Under the pieces are notes generated by a model. That model did no database searches. It was not told the origin of the DNA and saw nothing but the letters and a program-made list of their open reading frames with translations. A stretch of DNA of 56,371 bases from the NCBI GenBank assembly GCA_017847995.1, contig JAGAPB010000024.1, positions 1-56,371 on the forward strand, read 5' to 3'. This DNA is from Oscillospiraceae bacterium (GTDB lineage Bacteria > Bacillota > Clostridia > Oscillospirales > Ruminococcaceae). Shown piece by piece: positions 16,876 through 26,316 of the stretch. Within the stretch, counting starts at the first letter, position 1, and each line of letters starts with the position of its first letter. A program made the position numbers and the translations under genes.

Positions 16876-18378
16876 ATGAAAACCTTTCTTTCAGGACTTT
16901 TGATTCTTGTTATTGGAGCGGCCCTTTATGGAAAGCTCTGCGAAAAAGTGTTCGGTCCCGATGACCGGAAAACACCGGCCTTCACCAAACAGGATGGCGT
17001 AGACTACATCCCCATGAAGGGGTGGAAAAACAGTCTCATCAACCTGCTGAACATTGCGGGCACCGGCCCCATCTTTGGCCCGATCCAGGGCATCTTATTC
17101 GGGCCGCTGGCCTTTATCACGATTCCTGTCGGCAATATCATCGGCGGCGCCATGCACGACTACTTCTCCGGCATGATCTGCCTGCGGGACGGCGGCAGCC
17201 AGATGTCTGAAACCGTGCGCCGGTACAGCAACCGGGGTGTTTTCTCGGTCTATCAGGTCTTTTGCAGTGTGCTGCTTTTGCTGGTGGGTGCGGTATTCAT
17301 CTACACTCCCGGGGACATCGCCGCCACCCAGGTATTCGGATTTGACGGCAAGGCCACCAGCGTTTCCACCTGGGTCATCTATGGTGTGATCTTTGCTTAC
17401 TATCTTGTAGCCACAGTATTTCCCATCGACAAGATCATCGGCAGGATCTATCCCATCTTCGGAGCAGTTCTCCTGTTTTCCGCCGTGGGTATATTTATCG
17501 GCATATTCGTCAAGGGCTATCCTCTGACCGAGCTTTGGGGCGTCTGGGATGTGCCGCTGGCCTTTGTAGTGCAGGATGGCGCCCGGACTGCCTTCAGCTA
17601 CGCCGACTATTTTACGGCGGAACGGTTTTTTCCCACCTTCTTCATCACCGTGGCCTGCGGAATCCTGTCCGGCTTTCACTCTACTCAGACAGCGATCATC
17701 TCCCGTACTATGCGCAGCGAACGGCAGGGTCGTATGACCTTTTATAATATGATGGTGCTGGAAGGTTTCATCGCCATGGTCTGGGCAGCCGCCGCGATGG
17801 GAGTCTACAATCTGGGCCTTCAGGCGGCGGACGCTAACCTGTATTCCTCCACCGTGGGAATTGTATGCCGGGATATTCTGGGAGATATAGGCGGCGTTGT
17901 TGCCCTGTTGGGTATTATTATCCTGCCCATTACATCCGGCGACACCGCTCTGCGGGGTCTGCGGCTGGCCATCGCGGAGTCTCTCCATCTGGATCAGAGC
18001 AATGGGAAAAAGCGTATCGCCCTCTCTGGCGTGATTTTCACTCTGGTGGCGGTCATTATGGTATTCGCCAAGCTCTCGCCTGACGGCTTCAAGATCCTTT
18101 GGCGATATTTCGCATGGTCCAATCAGACATTATCCTTATTCGCATTCCTTGTAATTTCTGTATGGATGTTTAAAAACGGAAAACGGCGTTTTGTATGGAT
18201 GCCCCTCATTCCCGGGACATTTTATGCCTTTGCTACCGTTAGTTACATTATGAGCGCAAAAATCGGCTTCAATCTCCCGTGGACGGTGTCCTACATCATC
18301 GGAGGGGTTGCGGCGGCCGCCTATCTGGCTGTGATCCTCTGGTACGGGAACAGGAGGGCCGCACTCAGACGCCTGTAA
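16876..18378 (+). CDS. cstA: Carbon starvation protein A family transporter
   Basis: 500-aa polytopic membrane ORF. The N-terminus (GKLCEKVFGPDDRKTPA ... GWKNSLINLLNIAGTGPIFGPIQG) is typical of CstA-family proteins. Confidence 0.85.
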   Translation: MKTFLSGLLILVIGAALYGKLCEKVFGPDDRKTPAFTKQDGVDYIPMKGWKNSLINLLNIAGTGPIFGPIQGILFGPLAFITIPVGNIIGGAMHDYFSGMICLRDGGSQMSETVRRYSNRGVFSVYQVFCSVLLLLVGAVFIYTPGDIAATQVFGFDGKATSVSTWVIYGVIFAYYLVATVFPIDKIIGRIYPIFGAVLLFSAVGIFIGIFVKGYPLTELWGVWDVPLAFVVQDGARTAFSYADYFTAERFFPTFFITVACGILSGFHSTQTAIISRTMRSERQGRMTFYNMMVLEGFIAMVWAAAAMGVYNLGLQAADANLYSSTVGIVCRDILGDIGGVVALLGIIILPITSGDTALRGLRLAIAESLHLDQSNGKKRIALSGVIFTLVAVIMVFAKLSPDGFKILWRYFAWSNQTLSLFAFLVISVWMFKNGKRRFVWMPLIPGTFYAFATVSYIMSAKIGFNLPWTVSYIIGGVAAAAYLAVILWYGNRRAALRRL

Positions 18379-18839
18379 ATGAGGGTGGACAAACGCCCTG
18401 ACACTGAAATCCACCGCTGCGGATCCGGATGGGAAAGTCCTCGCCTCCTTCGGCACGCCTATCCCCGAGGAGGAATTTGAATCGCTGATGAATGAGCGTA
18501 TCGGCGGCTATGAAAAGGCTCACACAATGCGTTTTTACCTTGTGTGAGCTGGCTTTGTAGATGTTTGAGGGCGGCGGCCGCCGCACTTAACAGAGATGAA
18601 TAGAGATGCTGGATTCGTTGTGCTTTTGGAACAAAGATGTTTGTTGTTCAGCAAAATTGTATCGTGAACAAAGAATGATGTATGATAGATGTACAAACAA
18701 ATAAAAAAGGTGTGCCCAAGCAATTAGAATCTGCCAAAGTCCATGCTTCTCTTGGAAAAAAAGGATGCTCTTAAAAGGCTGATGGAATCAAGAGAATCCT
18801 CGTTCCCGCTCTTTTCTGAAAGCCGCCACAGGCGGATTT

Positions 18840-18937
18840 CATGTAGAAATGATGGGCCTGATCGGCGCCGGCAACAACCCCATGGTTGGTATGACCGTAG
18901 CTTGCGCTGTTGCAGTAGAAGAAGCCAACAAGTAAGC
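18840..18937 (+). repeat. Right copy of the 98-bp direct repeat (orphan 3' end of a GGGtGRT gene: 31 codons + TAA)
   Basis: See 351-448. It encodes HVEMMGLIGAGNNPMVGMTVACAVAVEEANK*. Upstream of 18840 there is no homology and no open frame. Confidence 0.9.
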
Positions 18938-18962
18938 AATATTTCCCCAAGAGCAAAACAAA

Positions 18963-18990
18963 CCCCCAACTCGGCTGAGTCGGTGGTTTT
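18963..18990. terminator. Bidirectional terminator between the orphan GGGtGRT 3' end and convergent xth
   Basis: Stem cccccaactc (18963-18972) / gagtcggtgg (18977-18986) with one mismatch and one G-U pair, loop ggct. T-runs follow on both strands. Confidence 0.5.
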
Positions 18991-18995
18991 CTCGT

Positions 18996-19745
18996 TTATT
19001 TCAAAATCAGTTCCACCGGGCAGTGGTCGCTGCCCATCACTTCGGTCAGGATGCGGCTGTCCTCTACCTTGTCCATCATCCGGTCGGAAACCAGCCAGTA
19101 GTCGATGCGCCAGCCGGCGTTCTTTTCCCTTGCCTTGAACATATAGCTCCACCAGGAATAGGTTTCCTGTTCGGGGTAAAGGGCGCGGAAGCTGTCGGTG
19201 AAGCCGCTTTGCAGCAGCAGGGTCATCTTTGCCCGTTCCTCATCGGTAAAACCGGCATTGCCCCGGTTGGTTTTGTCGTTTTTCAGGTCGATGGGCTGGT
19301 GGGCCACATTCAGGTCGCCGCAGACCAGCACCGGCTTTTTGGCGTCCAGATCTTGCAGGTAGGCCCGGAAGGCGTCCTCCCACTCCATGCGGTAGTCCAG
19401 GCGGGTCAGCTCCCGCTGGGCGTTGGGGGTGTAGCAGGTCACCAGGTAAAAATCCTCATACTCGGCGGTGATGACCCGGCCCTCGTGGTCGTGTTCCTCC
19501 ACCCCGATGCCGTAGCTGACGGCAAGGGGCTCGGTTTTGGTGAACAGGGCGGTGCCGCTGTAACCCTTCTTTTCGGCGCTGTACCAGTACTGGTGGTAGC
19601 CCTCGGGCGAAAATTCGGCCTGGCCGGGCTGCATTTTGGTCTCCTGCAGGCAAATAATATCGGCATCGGCACCGGCAAAAAAATCGCCGAAGCCCTTGCC
19701 CAAAACGGCACGGAAGCCGTTGACATTCCAGGAAATAAGTTTCAT
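18996..19745 (-). CDS. xth: Exodeoxyribonuclease III (AP endonuclease)
   Basis: Motifs SWNVNG, CLQETK, CGDLNVAH and GSDHCPV. RBS is AAAGGAGACCGC. Confidence 0.9.
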   Translation of the reverse strand: MKLISWNVNGFRAVLGKGFGDFFAGADADIICLQETKMQPGQAEFSPEGYHQYWYSAEKKGYSGTALFTKTEPLAVSYGIGVEEHDHEGRVITAEYEDFYLVTCYTPNAQRELTRLDYRMEWEDAFRAYLQDLDAKKPVLVCGDLNVAHQPIDLKNDKTNRGNAGFTDEERAKMTLLLQSGFTDSFRALYPEQETYSWWSYMFKAREKNAGWRIDYWLVSDRMMDKVEDSRILTEVMGSDHCPVELILK

Positions 19746-20025
19746 GGCGGTCTCCTTTGGGGGAAAGCTGGGCTTGCGCCCGCACCACCATTATACAATG
19801 GATGGCGGTCCTCTTTCAACCCAAAGAGGGGCATCCAAAATCCGTACAAAAAGGGGAAGAAACTGACTTGGAAATTTTGTGCAAATTTATGCCGTCATTT
19901 GGCGGGCGAAATCGCCGAAAAACCTTGCAATAAAGGGCCCCAGACAGTATAATAGTACGGGTAAAAATGTGTCTTGCATTTTTCAAATTTGTTGAACCCA
20001 TTCTTATTAACAGGAGATGTTTTAT

Positions 20026-21213
20026 ATGAGAACTGTTGGTACTGTAGTACGCGGTGTTCGTTGCCCCGTCATCCGCCAGGGCGATGACCTGGCCCAGATC
20101 GTTTGCGACAGCATCCTGGCTATGGGTGAAGAACAGAAGGTGGAATTCCACGACCGTGATATCGTTGCAGTGACCGAGGCTGTTGTGGCTCGCGCCCAGG
20201 GCAACTACGCCACCGTGGATGCCATCGCCAAGGATGTGGCCGGCAAATTTGGCACCGACACCATTGGCATGGTTTTCCCCATCACCAGCCGCAACCGTTT
20301 TGCCATTTGCCTGCGCGGCATTGCCAAGGGCGTAAAGAAGATCTATCTGCAGCTCAGCTACCCCTCCGACGAAGTGGGCAACCATCTGTTTGACCCCGAA
20401 CTGATGGACCAGAAGGGCATCAACCCCTATACCGATGTTCTGGATGAAAAGAAGTACCGCGAGCTGTTTGGCTATGAAAAGCACACCTTCACCGGTGTTG
20501 ATTATGTGGAATACTTTGGCGAGCTGATCCGCTCCTGTGGCTGCGAGGTGGAATTTATCTTCTCCAACAAGGTCACCACCATCCTGGATTACACCAAGAA
20601 CATTCTGTGCTGCGACATCCACACCCGCGCTCGCAGCAAGCGTCTGCTGCAGGCCGGCGGCGCCGAAAAGGTGCTCTGCCTCAACGATATTCTCAACACT
20701 TCGGTTGACGGCAACGGCTACAACGAAGCCTATGGCCTGCTGGGCAGCAACAAGGCCACCGAAGACACCGTAAAGCTCTTCCCCCGCGACTGCGGCGCCT
20801 TTGTTGGCCGCGTGCAGGAACTGCTGAAGCAAGCCACCGGCAAGACCATTGAAGTGATGGTTTATGGCGACGGCGCCTTCAAGGACCCCGTGGGCAAGAT
20901 CTGGGAACTGGCCGACCCCGTTGTTTCCCCCGCCTACACCAGTGGCCTGGCCGGCACCCCCAACGAGCTGAAGCTCAAGTACCTGGCCGACAACGACTTT
21001 GCAGGCCTCAGCGGCAAGGAACTGGATGACGCCATCCGCGAAAGCATCCGCAACAAGGACGGCGACCTGAAGGGCAACATGGCCAGCCAGGGCACCACTC
21101 CCCGCCAGCTCACCGACCTGATCGGCTCGCTGTGCGACCTGACCAGCGGCAGCGGCGACAAGGGCACCCCCATCATCTTCATCCAGGGTTACTTTGACAA
21201 CTACTCGATGTAA
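20026..21213 (+). CDS. CofE-like (F420-0:gamma-glutamyl ligase family) protein
   Basis: The N-terminus VRCPVIRQGDDLAQIV...DRDIVAVTEAVVARAQG is typical of the F420_ligase fold. The ATG at 20026 is preferred over 20017, which abuts the RBS AGGAG. Confidence 0.65.
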   Translation: MRTVGTVVRGVRCPVIRQGDDLAQIVCDSILAMGEEQKVEFHDRDIVAVTEAVVARAQGNYATVDAIAKDVAGKFGTDTIGMVFPITSRNRFAICLRGIAKGVKKIYLQLSYPSDEVGNHLFDPELMDQKGINPYTDVLDEKKYRELFGYEKHTFTGVDYVEYFGELIRSCGCEVEFIFSNKVTTILDYTKNILCCDIHTRARSKRLLQAGGAEKVLCLNDILNTSVDGNGYNEAYGLLGSNKATEDTVKLFPRDCGAFVGRVQELLKQATGKTIEVMVYGDGAFKDPVGKIWELADPVVSPAYTSGLAGTPNELKLKYLADNDFAGLSGKELDDAIRESIRNKDGDLKGNMASQGTTPRQLTDLIGSLCDLTSGSGDKGTPIIFIQGYFDNYSM

Positions 21214-21228
21214 AAAACCAAAAACCGG

Positions 21229-21261
21229 CGCCTCCGCACACCACGGTGCGGGGGCGTTTTT
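21229..21261 (+). terminator. Rho-independent terminator
   Basis: Stem cgcctccgcac / gtgcgggggcg (one G-U pair) followed by ttttt. Confidence 0.6.
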
Positions 21262-21542
21262 GCGTTTGCTTTTGCCCGCTAAAGAAGAGGGGAAAAGAAT
21301 ATACACAAATTTGTGCAAGGAATGTCTGTTTTTTGAAAAGTTCCTGTAAAAAAGGGAAAAAATGTGCCGCAAACAGGCTAATTTACTGCAAAATATTGCG
21401 AGAAAACGAGGGATTATGATATTATGTAGGACAGCAAGATTTTTTGCAAAAGGAAATCCTTTGGCAAAATCTCTGCCCGAAAAATCCGCGGCCCAACGCT
21501 GCGGAGAATCCGAATCAAGGATATTTTTAGGAGGAAAAGAAA

Positions 21543-22595
21543 ATGAAGAAACTGCTTGCTATGCTGCTGGCTCTGATCATGGTTCTGTCCATGGCTGCCT
21601 GTGGCGCAAAGGCTCCCGCAGAAGAAGCTCCCGAAGCCGACGCTCCCGAAGCTGAAGCTCCCGTAGAAGAAGCTGTTGAACTGAACATCGTTTCCATCCC
21701 CAAGCTGGTTGGCGTTGCTTGGTTTGACCGCATGGATGTTGGCGGCCAGGAATGGGTTTCCGCCAACGGCGGCACCTTCTACCAGAACGGCCCCTCTACC
21801 GCTGACGCTGCTCTGCAGCTGCAGACCCTGCAGGATGCCATCACCGAAGGCGCTAACGTAATCCACGTTGTTCCCAACTCCACCGAAACCCTGGAAGTTG
21901 CCATGGCTGAAGCCCGTGACGCCGGCATCATCGTGCTGAGCCACGAAGCTCCCGGTGCTGAAAACGTTGACTACGACGTAGAAGCTTTTGAAAACGACGC
22001 TTACGGCGAACACTTCATGAAGATTCTGGCCGAACAGATGGGCGAAGAAGGCGAATACGCCATCATCGTTGGTTCCGTTCAGGCTCAGACCCACGTTGCC
22101 TGGGCTGACGCTGCTGTTGCTTACCAGGAAGCCAACTACCCCAACATGAAGCTGGCCTGCGACTACATCGAATCCGGCGAAGACCATGACACCGCTTACA
22201 ACAAGACCAAGGAAGCTCTGAAGACCTACCCCAACCTGAAGGGTATCATCGGCTGCTCCGTAATCGACCCCGCCGGCGCTGCTTTGGCAGTTGAAGAAGC
22301 TGGCCTGGTTGGCGAAGTTACCGTTATCGGCACTTCCGTTTCCGACGTTGTAGGTTCTTACCTGGAATCCGGCGCTGTTTACATGTTCAGCTCTTGGGAT
22401 ACCTCCGCAACCAGCTATGCTATGTGCGAAGCTTCCAAGATCCTGGCTGAAGGCGGCGAAATCACCACCGGCACCAACCTGGGCGCTGAAGGCTACGAAT
22501 CCGTAACCGTTGACGGCAAGGTTATCTACGGCGCTGCTTGGCTGGACTTCACTGTAGACAACTACAAGGACGATCCCTACCGCACCGCTGAATAA
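21543..22595 (+). CDS. Sugar ABC transporter substrate-binding lipoprotein (RbsB/LsrB-like periplasmic-binding fold)
   Basis: Lipobox LSMAACG, an Ala/Glu/Pro linker, then a Peripla_BP-like sequence. It is the first gene of an ABC operon. RBS is AGGAGGAAAAG. Confidence 0.8.
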   Translation: MKKLLAMLLALIMVLSMAACGAKAPAEEAPEADAPEAEAPVEEAVELNIVSIPKLVGVAWFDRMDVGGQEWVSANGGTFYQNGPSTADAALQLQTLQDAITEGANVIHVVPNSTETLEVAMAEARDAGIIVLSHEAPGAENVDYDVEAFENDAYGEHFMKILAEQMGEEGEYAIIVGSVQAQTHVAWADAAVAYQEANYPNMKLACDYIESGEDHDTAYNKTKEALKTYPNLKGIIGCSVIDPAGAALAVEEAGLVGEVTVIGTSVSDVVGSYLESGAVYMFSSWDTSATSYAMCEASKILAEGGEITTGTNLGAEGYESVTVDGKVIYGAAWLDFTVDNYKDDPYRTAE

Positions 22596-22791
22596 GCTTA
22601 TTCCAACCGAATAACTTTTTCTAAAAGCGACCGAAACAGGCCCGCTGCTCCGGCGGCGGGCCTGTATTTCCATATATTCGACTTTGAAAGATGAGAAGAA
22701 TGTGCCGGCTGCGGCACATGGTTCTGATCCTTTGAGGAACTGCCCGGCAACGGGTTTTTAATCTATTACGGAAGAGGAAGGGGAGACCAAA

Positions 22792-24285
22792 ATGGGCGCA
22801 CCATTTTTGGAAATCCGCAATTGCAGCATCAACTTTGGCGGTGTCAAGGCGCTGCAGAATGTCGATTTCAGCATTGAAGCCGGCCAGGCCTATTGCTTGA
22901 TGGGCGAAAACGGTTCGGGCAAATCCACCCTGATCAAGATCATTTCGGGTGTATACACCGCCACCAGCGGCGAAATGATTTTGGACGGCAAGCACTACAC
23001 CAACATTACCCCCAAGCAGGCCATCGAAGCCGGCGTACAGGTAATTTACCAGGACTTTTCGGTTTTCCCCAACCTGACTGTGGCCGAAAACATTGCCATT
23101 TCGGGCATTATGTCGGGCAAAAAGAAGACCGTTGACCGCAAAAAAATGCGCGAGGTGGCTGCCGAGGCCCTGGCCCGCATCAATGTGGACCTGCCCCTGG
23201 ATAAGCGGGTGGAGGAACTGCCCGTAGCCGGCAAGCAGCTTGTTGCCATTGCCCGCGGCATTGCCCAGGACGCCAAGCTCATCATTATGGACGAGCCCAC
23301 CACCGCCCTTACCCACAAGGAAATTCTGGCCCTGTATGAGATCATCGACAACCTGAAGAAGAAGGGCATCGCCCTTATCTTTGTCAGCCACAAGCTGGAA
23401 GAGGTCATGCAGATCTCGGAACGGATTGCCATCCTGCGCAACGGCCAGAAGGTGCTGGACGACAGCATTGAAAACTTTGATGTAAACAGCGTGGCCTACT
23501 ACATGACCGGCCGCGAGGTCCCCGACGTTCCCTACGAACTGGTGGAAGTGCCCGAAGGCACCGCCCCCATCCTGGAACTGGAAGGCCTGACCATGAAGGA
23601 TAAGTTTGAGGACATCACCCTCAGCCTTTATCCCAAGGAAGTGCTGGGCATCACCGGCCAGTTGGGCTGCGGCCGCACCGAGCTGGCCCAGGCCCTGTTC
23701 GGCATCGGCGAATACACCGGCACCGTAAAGCTCAACGGCGAAGTGGTTGAGATCAAAACCGTGCAGGACGCCCTGCGGCTCAAGATCGGCTATGTGCCCG
23801 AAGACCGCCTCAGCGAGGGGCTGTTCCTCACCCGTTCCCTCAGCGATAACCTGGCCGCCGCCTCCATCGACGACCTGGCCGACGGCATCCGCCTGGACTA
23901 TAAAAAGGTGGAAGATACCGGTCGCCAGTGGGTCGAAGACCTTAAAATTGTCATCGGCGACATTCTGGACCCCGCCAGCAGCCTTTCGGGCGGCAACCAG
24001 CAGCGCATCGTTTTGGCCAAGTGGCTGGCCACCAACCCCCGTCTGCTGATCCTCAACTGCCCCACCGTTGGCGTTGACGTGGGCTCCAAGAGCCAGATCC
24101 ACGAAATTGTAAAGGACCTGGCCCGCAAGGGCATCGGCGTCATCGTTATTTCGGACGACATCGGCGAAGTGATGAGCTTGTGCAGCCGCGTGCTGGTGAT
24201 GAAGAAGGGCCGCATTGTGCGCCAGACCAACCGCACCGAAATGACCGTAAGCCAGCTTGAAGATTATTTGACCAAGGAGGAATGA
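22792..24285 (+). CDS. Sugar ABC transporter ATP-binding protein (two fused nucleotide-binding domains)
   Basis: Walker A GENGSGKST and a second P-loop GQLGCGRTE, with signature LSGGNQQR. 497 aa, typical of RbsA/MglA-type ATPases. Confidence 0.9.
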   Translation: MGAPFLEIRNCSINFGGVKALQNVDFSIEAGQAYCLMGENGSGKSTLIKIISGVYTATSGEMILDGKHYTNITPKQAIEAGVQVIYQDFSVFPNLTVAENIAISGIMSGKKKTVDRKKMREVAAEALARINVDLPLDKRVEELPVAGKQLVAIARGIAQDAKLIIMDEPTTALTHKEILALYEIIDNLKKKGIALIFVSHKLEEVMQISERIAILRNGQKVLDDSIENFDVNSVAYYMTGREVPDVPYELVEVPEGTAPILELEGLTMKDKFEDITLSLYPKEVLGITGQLGCGRTELAQALFGIGEYTGTVKLNGEVVEIKTVQDALRLKIGYVPEDRLSEGLFLTRSLSDNLAAASIDDLADGIRLDYKKVEDTGRQWVEDLKIVIGDILDPASSLSGGNQQRIVLAKWLATNPRLLILNCPTVGVDVGSKSQIHEIVKDLARKGIGVIVISDDIGEVMSLCSRVLVMKKGRIVRQTNRTEMTVSQLEDYLTKEE

Positions 24286-25283
24286 GCAGGATGAATTCGA
24301 CTATGAAAAAAATCGTAAAATCCAACGAGTTTTTCATGTTTGCCATCATTCTGGTGATGTTCTGCATCTTCGGCATCATCAACCCTGCCTTTTTCTCGGT
24401 GGCAAACCTGTTTGACCTTTCCCGCAGCATGGTGGAAACCGGCATCCTGGCACTGGGTGTTCAGGTGGTTATGATCTCGGGCGGCATCGACCTTTCCTTT
24501 ATGGCCATTGCCGTATTTGCCATGCACACCGTAAGCAAATACATGGGCATGTACTGGAACGACGCCCCCTTCATCCTGCTGGTGCTGATGGGCGCCGTCA
24601 TCGGCCTGGTGCTTGGCCTGTTCAACTCTTTGTTCATCGCCAAGTTCAAGCTGCCCCCCTTCATCGTTACCCTGGGCACCACCAACATCTTCAAGGGCCT
24701 GTGCCTGGTGTTCATCGGCAGCCGCCAGATCAACAACATCCCCGCCAGCATGATCGATTTTTCCAAGACCAACCTGATCTCGGTGCAGGCCGAACAGGGC
24801 ATGGCCAACCTGCACATCGGCGTGCTGATCTTGGTGGTGCTGGCCCTGCTGACCTCCTATATGCTGAACAAGACCCGCCTGGGCCGCAGCATCTACTGCG
24901 TGGGCGGCAGCGAGGCCTCGGCCCAGCGTGTTGGCCTGAACACCGTGGCCATCCTGGCCTTCTGCTACGCCTTCCTGGGGGCCATTGCCGGCATGACCGG
25001 CGTGATGCACGCCTCCTTCCAACGCATGAGCAACCCCTTTGACATGATCGGCGGCGAACTGACCGTTATTGCCGCTGTTACCATCGGCGGCCCCCGCGTT
25101 GGCGGCGGCTACGGCAGCACCGCCGGCACCATGCTGGGTGTTTTGCTGCTGACCATGATCAACAACAGCCTTGTAATGCTGAAGATCCCCACCTTCTGGC
25201 AGTTGGCAGTAACCGGCATGATCATCATTCTGGGCACCATCATGCAGATCTACCGTTACAAGCGCAGCCTGAAGAATGCATAA
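24282..25283 (+). CDS. Sugar ABC transporter permease (RbsC/AraH-like)
   Basis: Polytopic membrane ORF overlapping the ATPase stop. An alternative in-frame ATG at 24291 has better spacing to AAGGAGG. Confidence 0.85.
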   Translation: MSRMNSTMKKIVKSNEFFMFAIILVMFCIFGIINPAFFSVANLFDLSRSMVETGILALGVQVVMISGGIDLSFMAIAVFAMHTVSKYMGMYWNDAPFILLVLMGAVIGLVLGLFNSLFIAKFKLPPFIVTLGTTNIFKGLCLVFIGSRQINNIPASMIDFSKTNLISVQAEQGMANLHIGVLILVVLALLTSYMLNKTRLGRSIYCVGGSEASAQRVGLNTVAILAFCYAFLGAIAGMTGVMHASFQRMSNPFDMIGGELTVIAAVTIGGPRVGGGYGSTAGTMLGVLLLTMINNSLVMLKIPTFWQLAVTGMIIILGTIMQIYRYKRSLKNA

Positions 25284-25298
25284 GGAGGAGGGAAAAAC

Positions 25299-26297
25299 AT
25301 GGAACGTATCAAGTCTGTTCTTTTCAAAGACAAGCACCAGACCCGTCTGTTCTGCGCCTTCGCCCTGGTGCTCATCCTCATGGCAATTCTGGTGCCCGAT
25401 AAATTCTTCACCGTACGCAACTTCCAGTCCATGGCCACCCAGTTCCCCGAACTGGGCTTTCTGACCATCGCCGCCGCCCTGGTGCTCATCACCGGCGGCA
25501 TCGACCTTTCGGTCTGCGGCACCGCCGTGCTTTCCGGCATTGTGGCCGCCCGCATCATGGACAGCAACGGCAGCAGCGAGGCCGGCCTGGGCGTTGTCGT
25601 CGGCGCAGTTGCCGCCGCCTTGCTGGTTGGTTTGTGCTGCGGCGTGCTCAACGCCATTTTGGTGGCCCGCTTTGGCATTGCCCCCATGCTGGCCACCCTG
25701 GGCACCTATAACCTCTATGTCGGCCTGGGTATCGTCATCACCGAAGGCTCGGCCATCAGCAAATTCCCCGAAACCTTTTTGGCCATCGGCAACGGCAAGG
25801 TGCTGGGCATTCCCGTGCCCGCCCTGCTGTTCGTTCTGGCCATTGCCATTCTGGGCTGGTTCCTCAGCCGCACCAAGCTGGGCTACAAGCTCTTTGTCTT
25901 CGGCACCAACTCCACCGCATCCTATTACTCCGGCATCCACAACACCAAGGTGCTGTTCACCACCTATGTTGTGGGCGGCATCGTCTGCTCGCTGGCCGGG
26001 CTTATCATGTTCAGCCGCACCAACAGCGCCAAGGCCGACTTTGGCAGCAGCTACGGTCTGCAGGCACTGCTGGTAGCACTGCTGGGCGGCGTAGGCGCCA
26101 GCGGCGGCAGCGGCAAGGCCAGCGGCCTGCTGCTTTCCATCATCACCCTGCAGTTCATCTCCAGCGGCTTCAACCTGCTGCACGTCAGCTCCTTTATGAA
26201 GGACCTGATTTGGGGCGCACTGCTGGTGCTGATCATGGTGCTGAACGTTGTGGACTTCAAAAAACTGAGAAGAAAGACCAAGAAGGCCGCTGCCTAA
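25299..26297 (+). CDS. Sugar ABC transporter permease (second subunit)
   Basis: Polytopic membrane ORF paralogous to 24282..25283. RBS is GGAGGAGGG. Confidence 0.85.
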   Translation: MERIKSVLFKDKHQTRLFCAFALVLILMAILVPDKFFTVRNFQSMATQFPELGFLTIAAALVLITGGIDLSVCGTAVLSGIVAARIMDSNGSSEAGLGVVVGAVAAALLVGLCCGVLNAILVARFGIAPMLATLGTYNLYVGLGIVITEGSAISKFPETFLAIGNGKVLGIPVPALLFVLAIAILGWFLSRTKLGYKLFVFGTNSTASYYSGIHNTKVLFTTYVVGGIVCSLAGLIMFSRTNSAKADFGSSYGLQALLVALLGGVGASGGSGKASGLLLSIITLQFISSGFNLLHVSSFMKDLIWGALLVLIMVLNVVDFKKLRRKTKKAAA

Positions 26298-26316
26298 GCG
26301 GAAAGAGGAAACGACT

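Noticed and set aside
18383-18547. Frame encoding ...DPDGKVLASFGTPIPEEEFESLMNERIGGYEKAHTMRFYLV after cstA, ending in a hairpin (18518-18549).
   Set aside because: It reads like the C-terminal remnant of a protein, but it has no start codon, begins right after a stop, and matches no family I recognise. It is too weak to annotate.
449-18839. Self-mobile integrative element (ICE, prophage or integron-like) inside the direct repeats.
   Set aside because: I looked in all listed ORFs for tyrosine/serine recombinase, transposase, relaxase, capsid or terminase signatures and recognised none. The island is reported only as a repeat-bounded accessory region.
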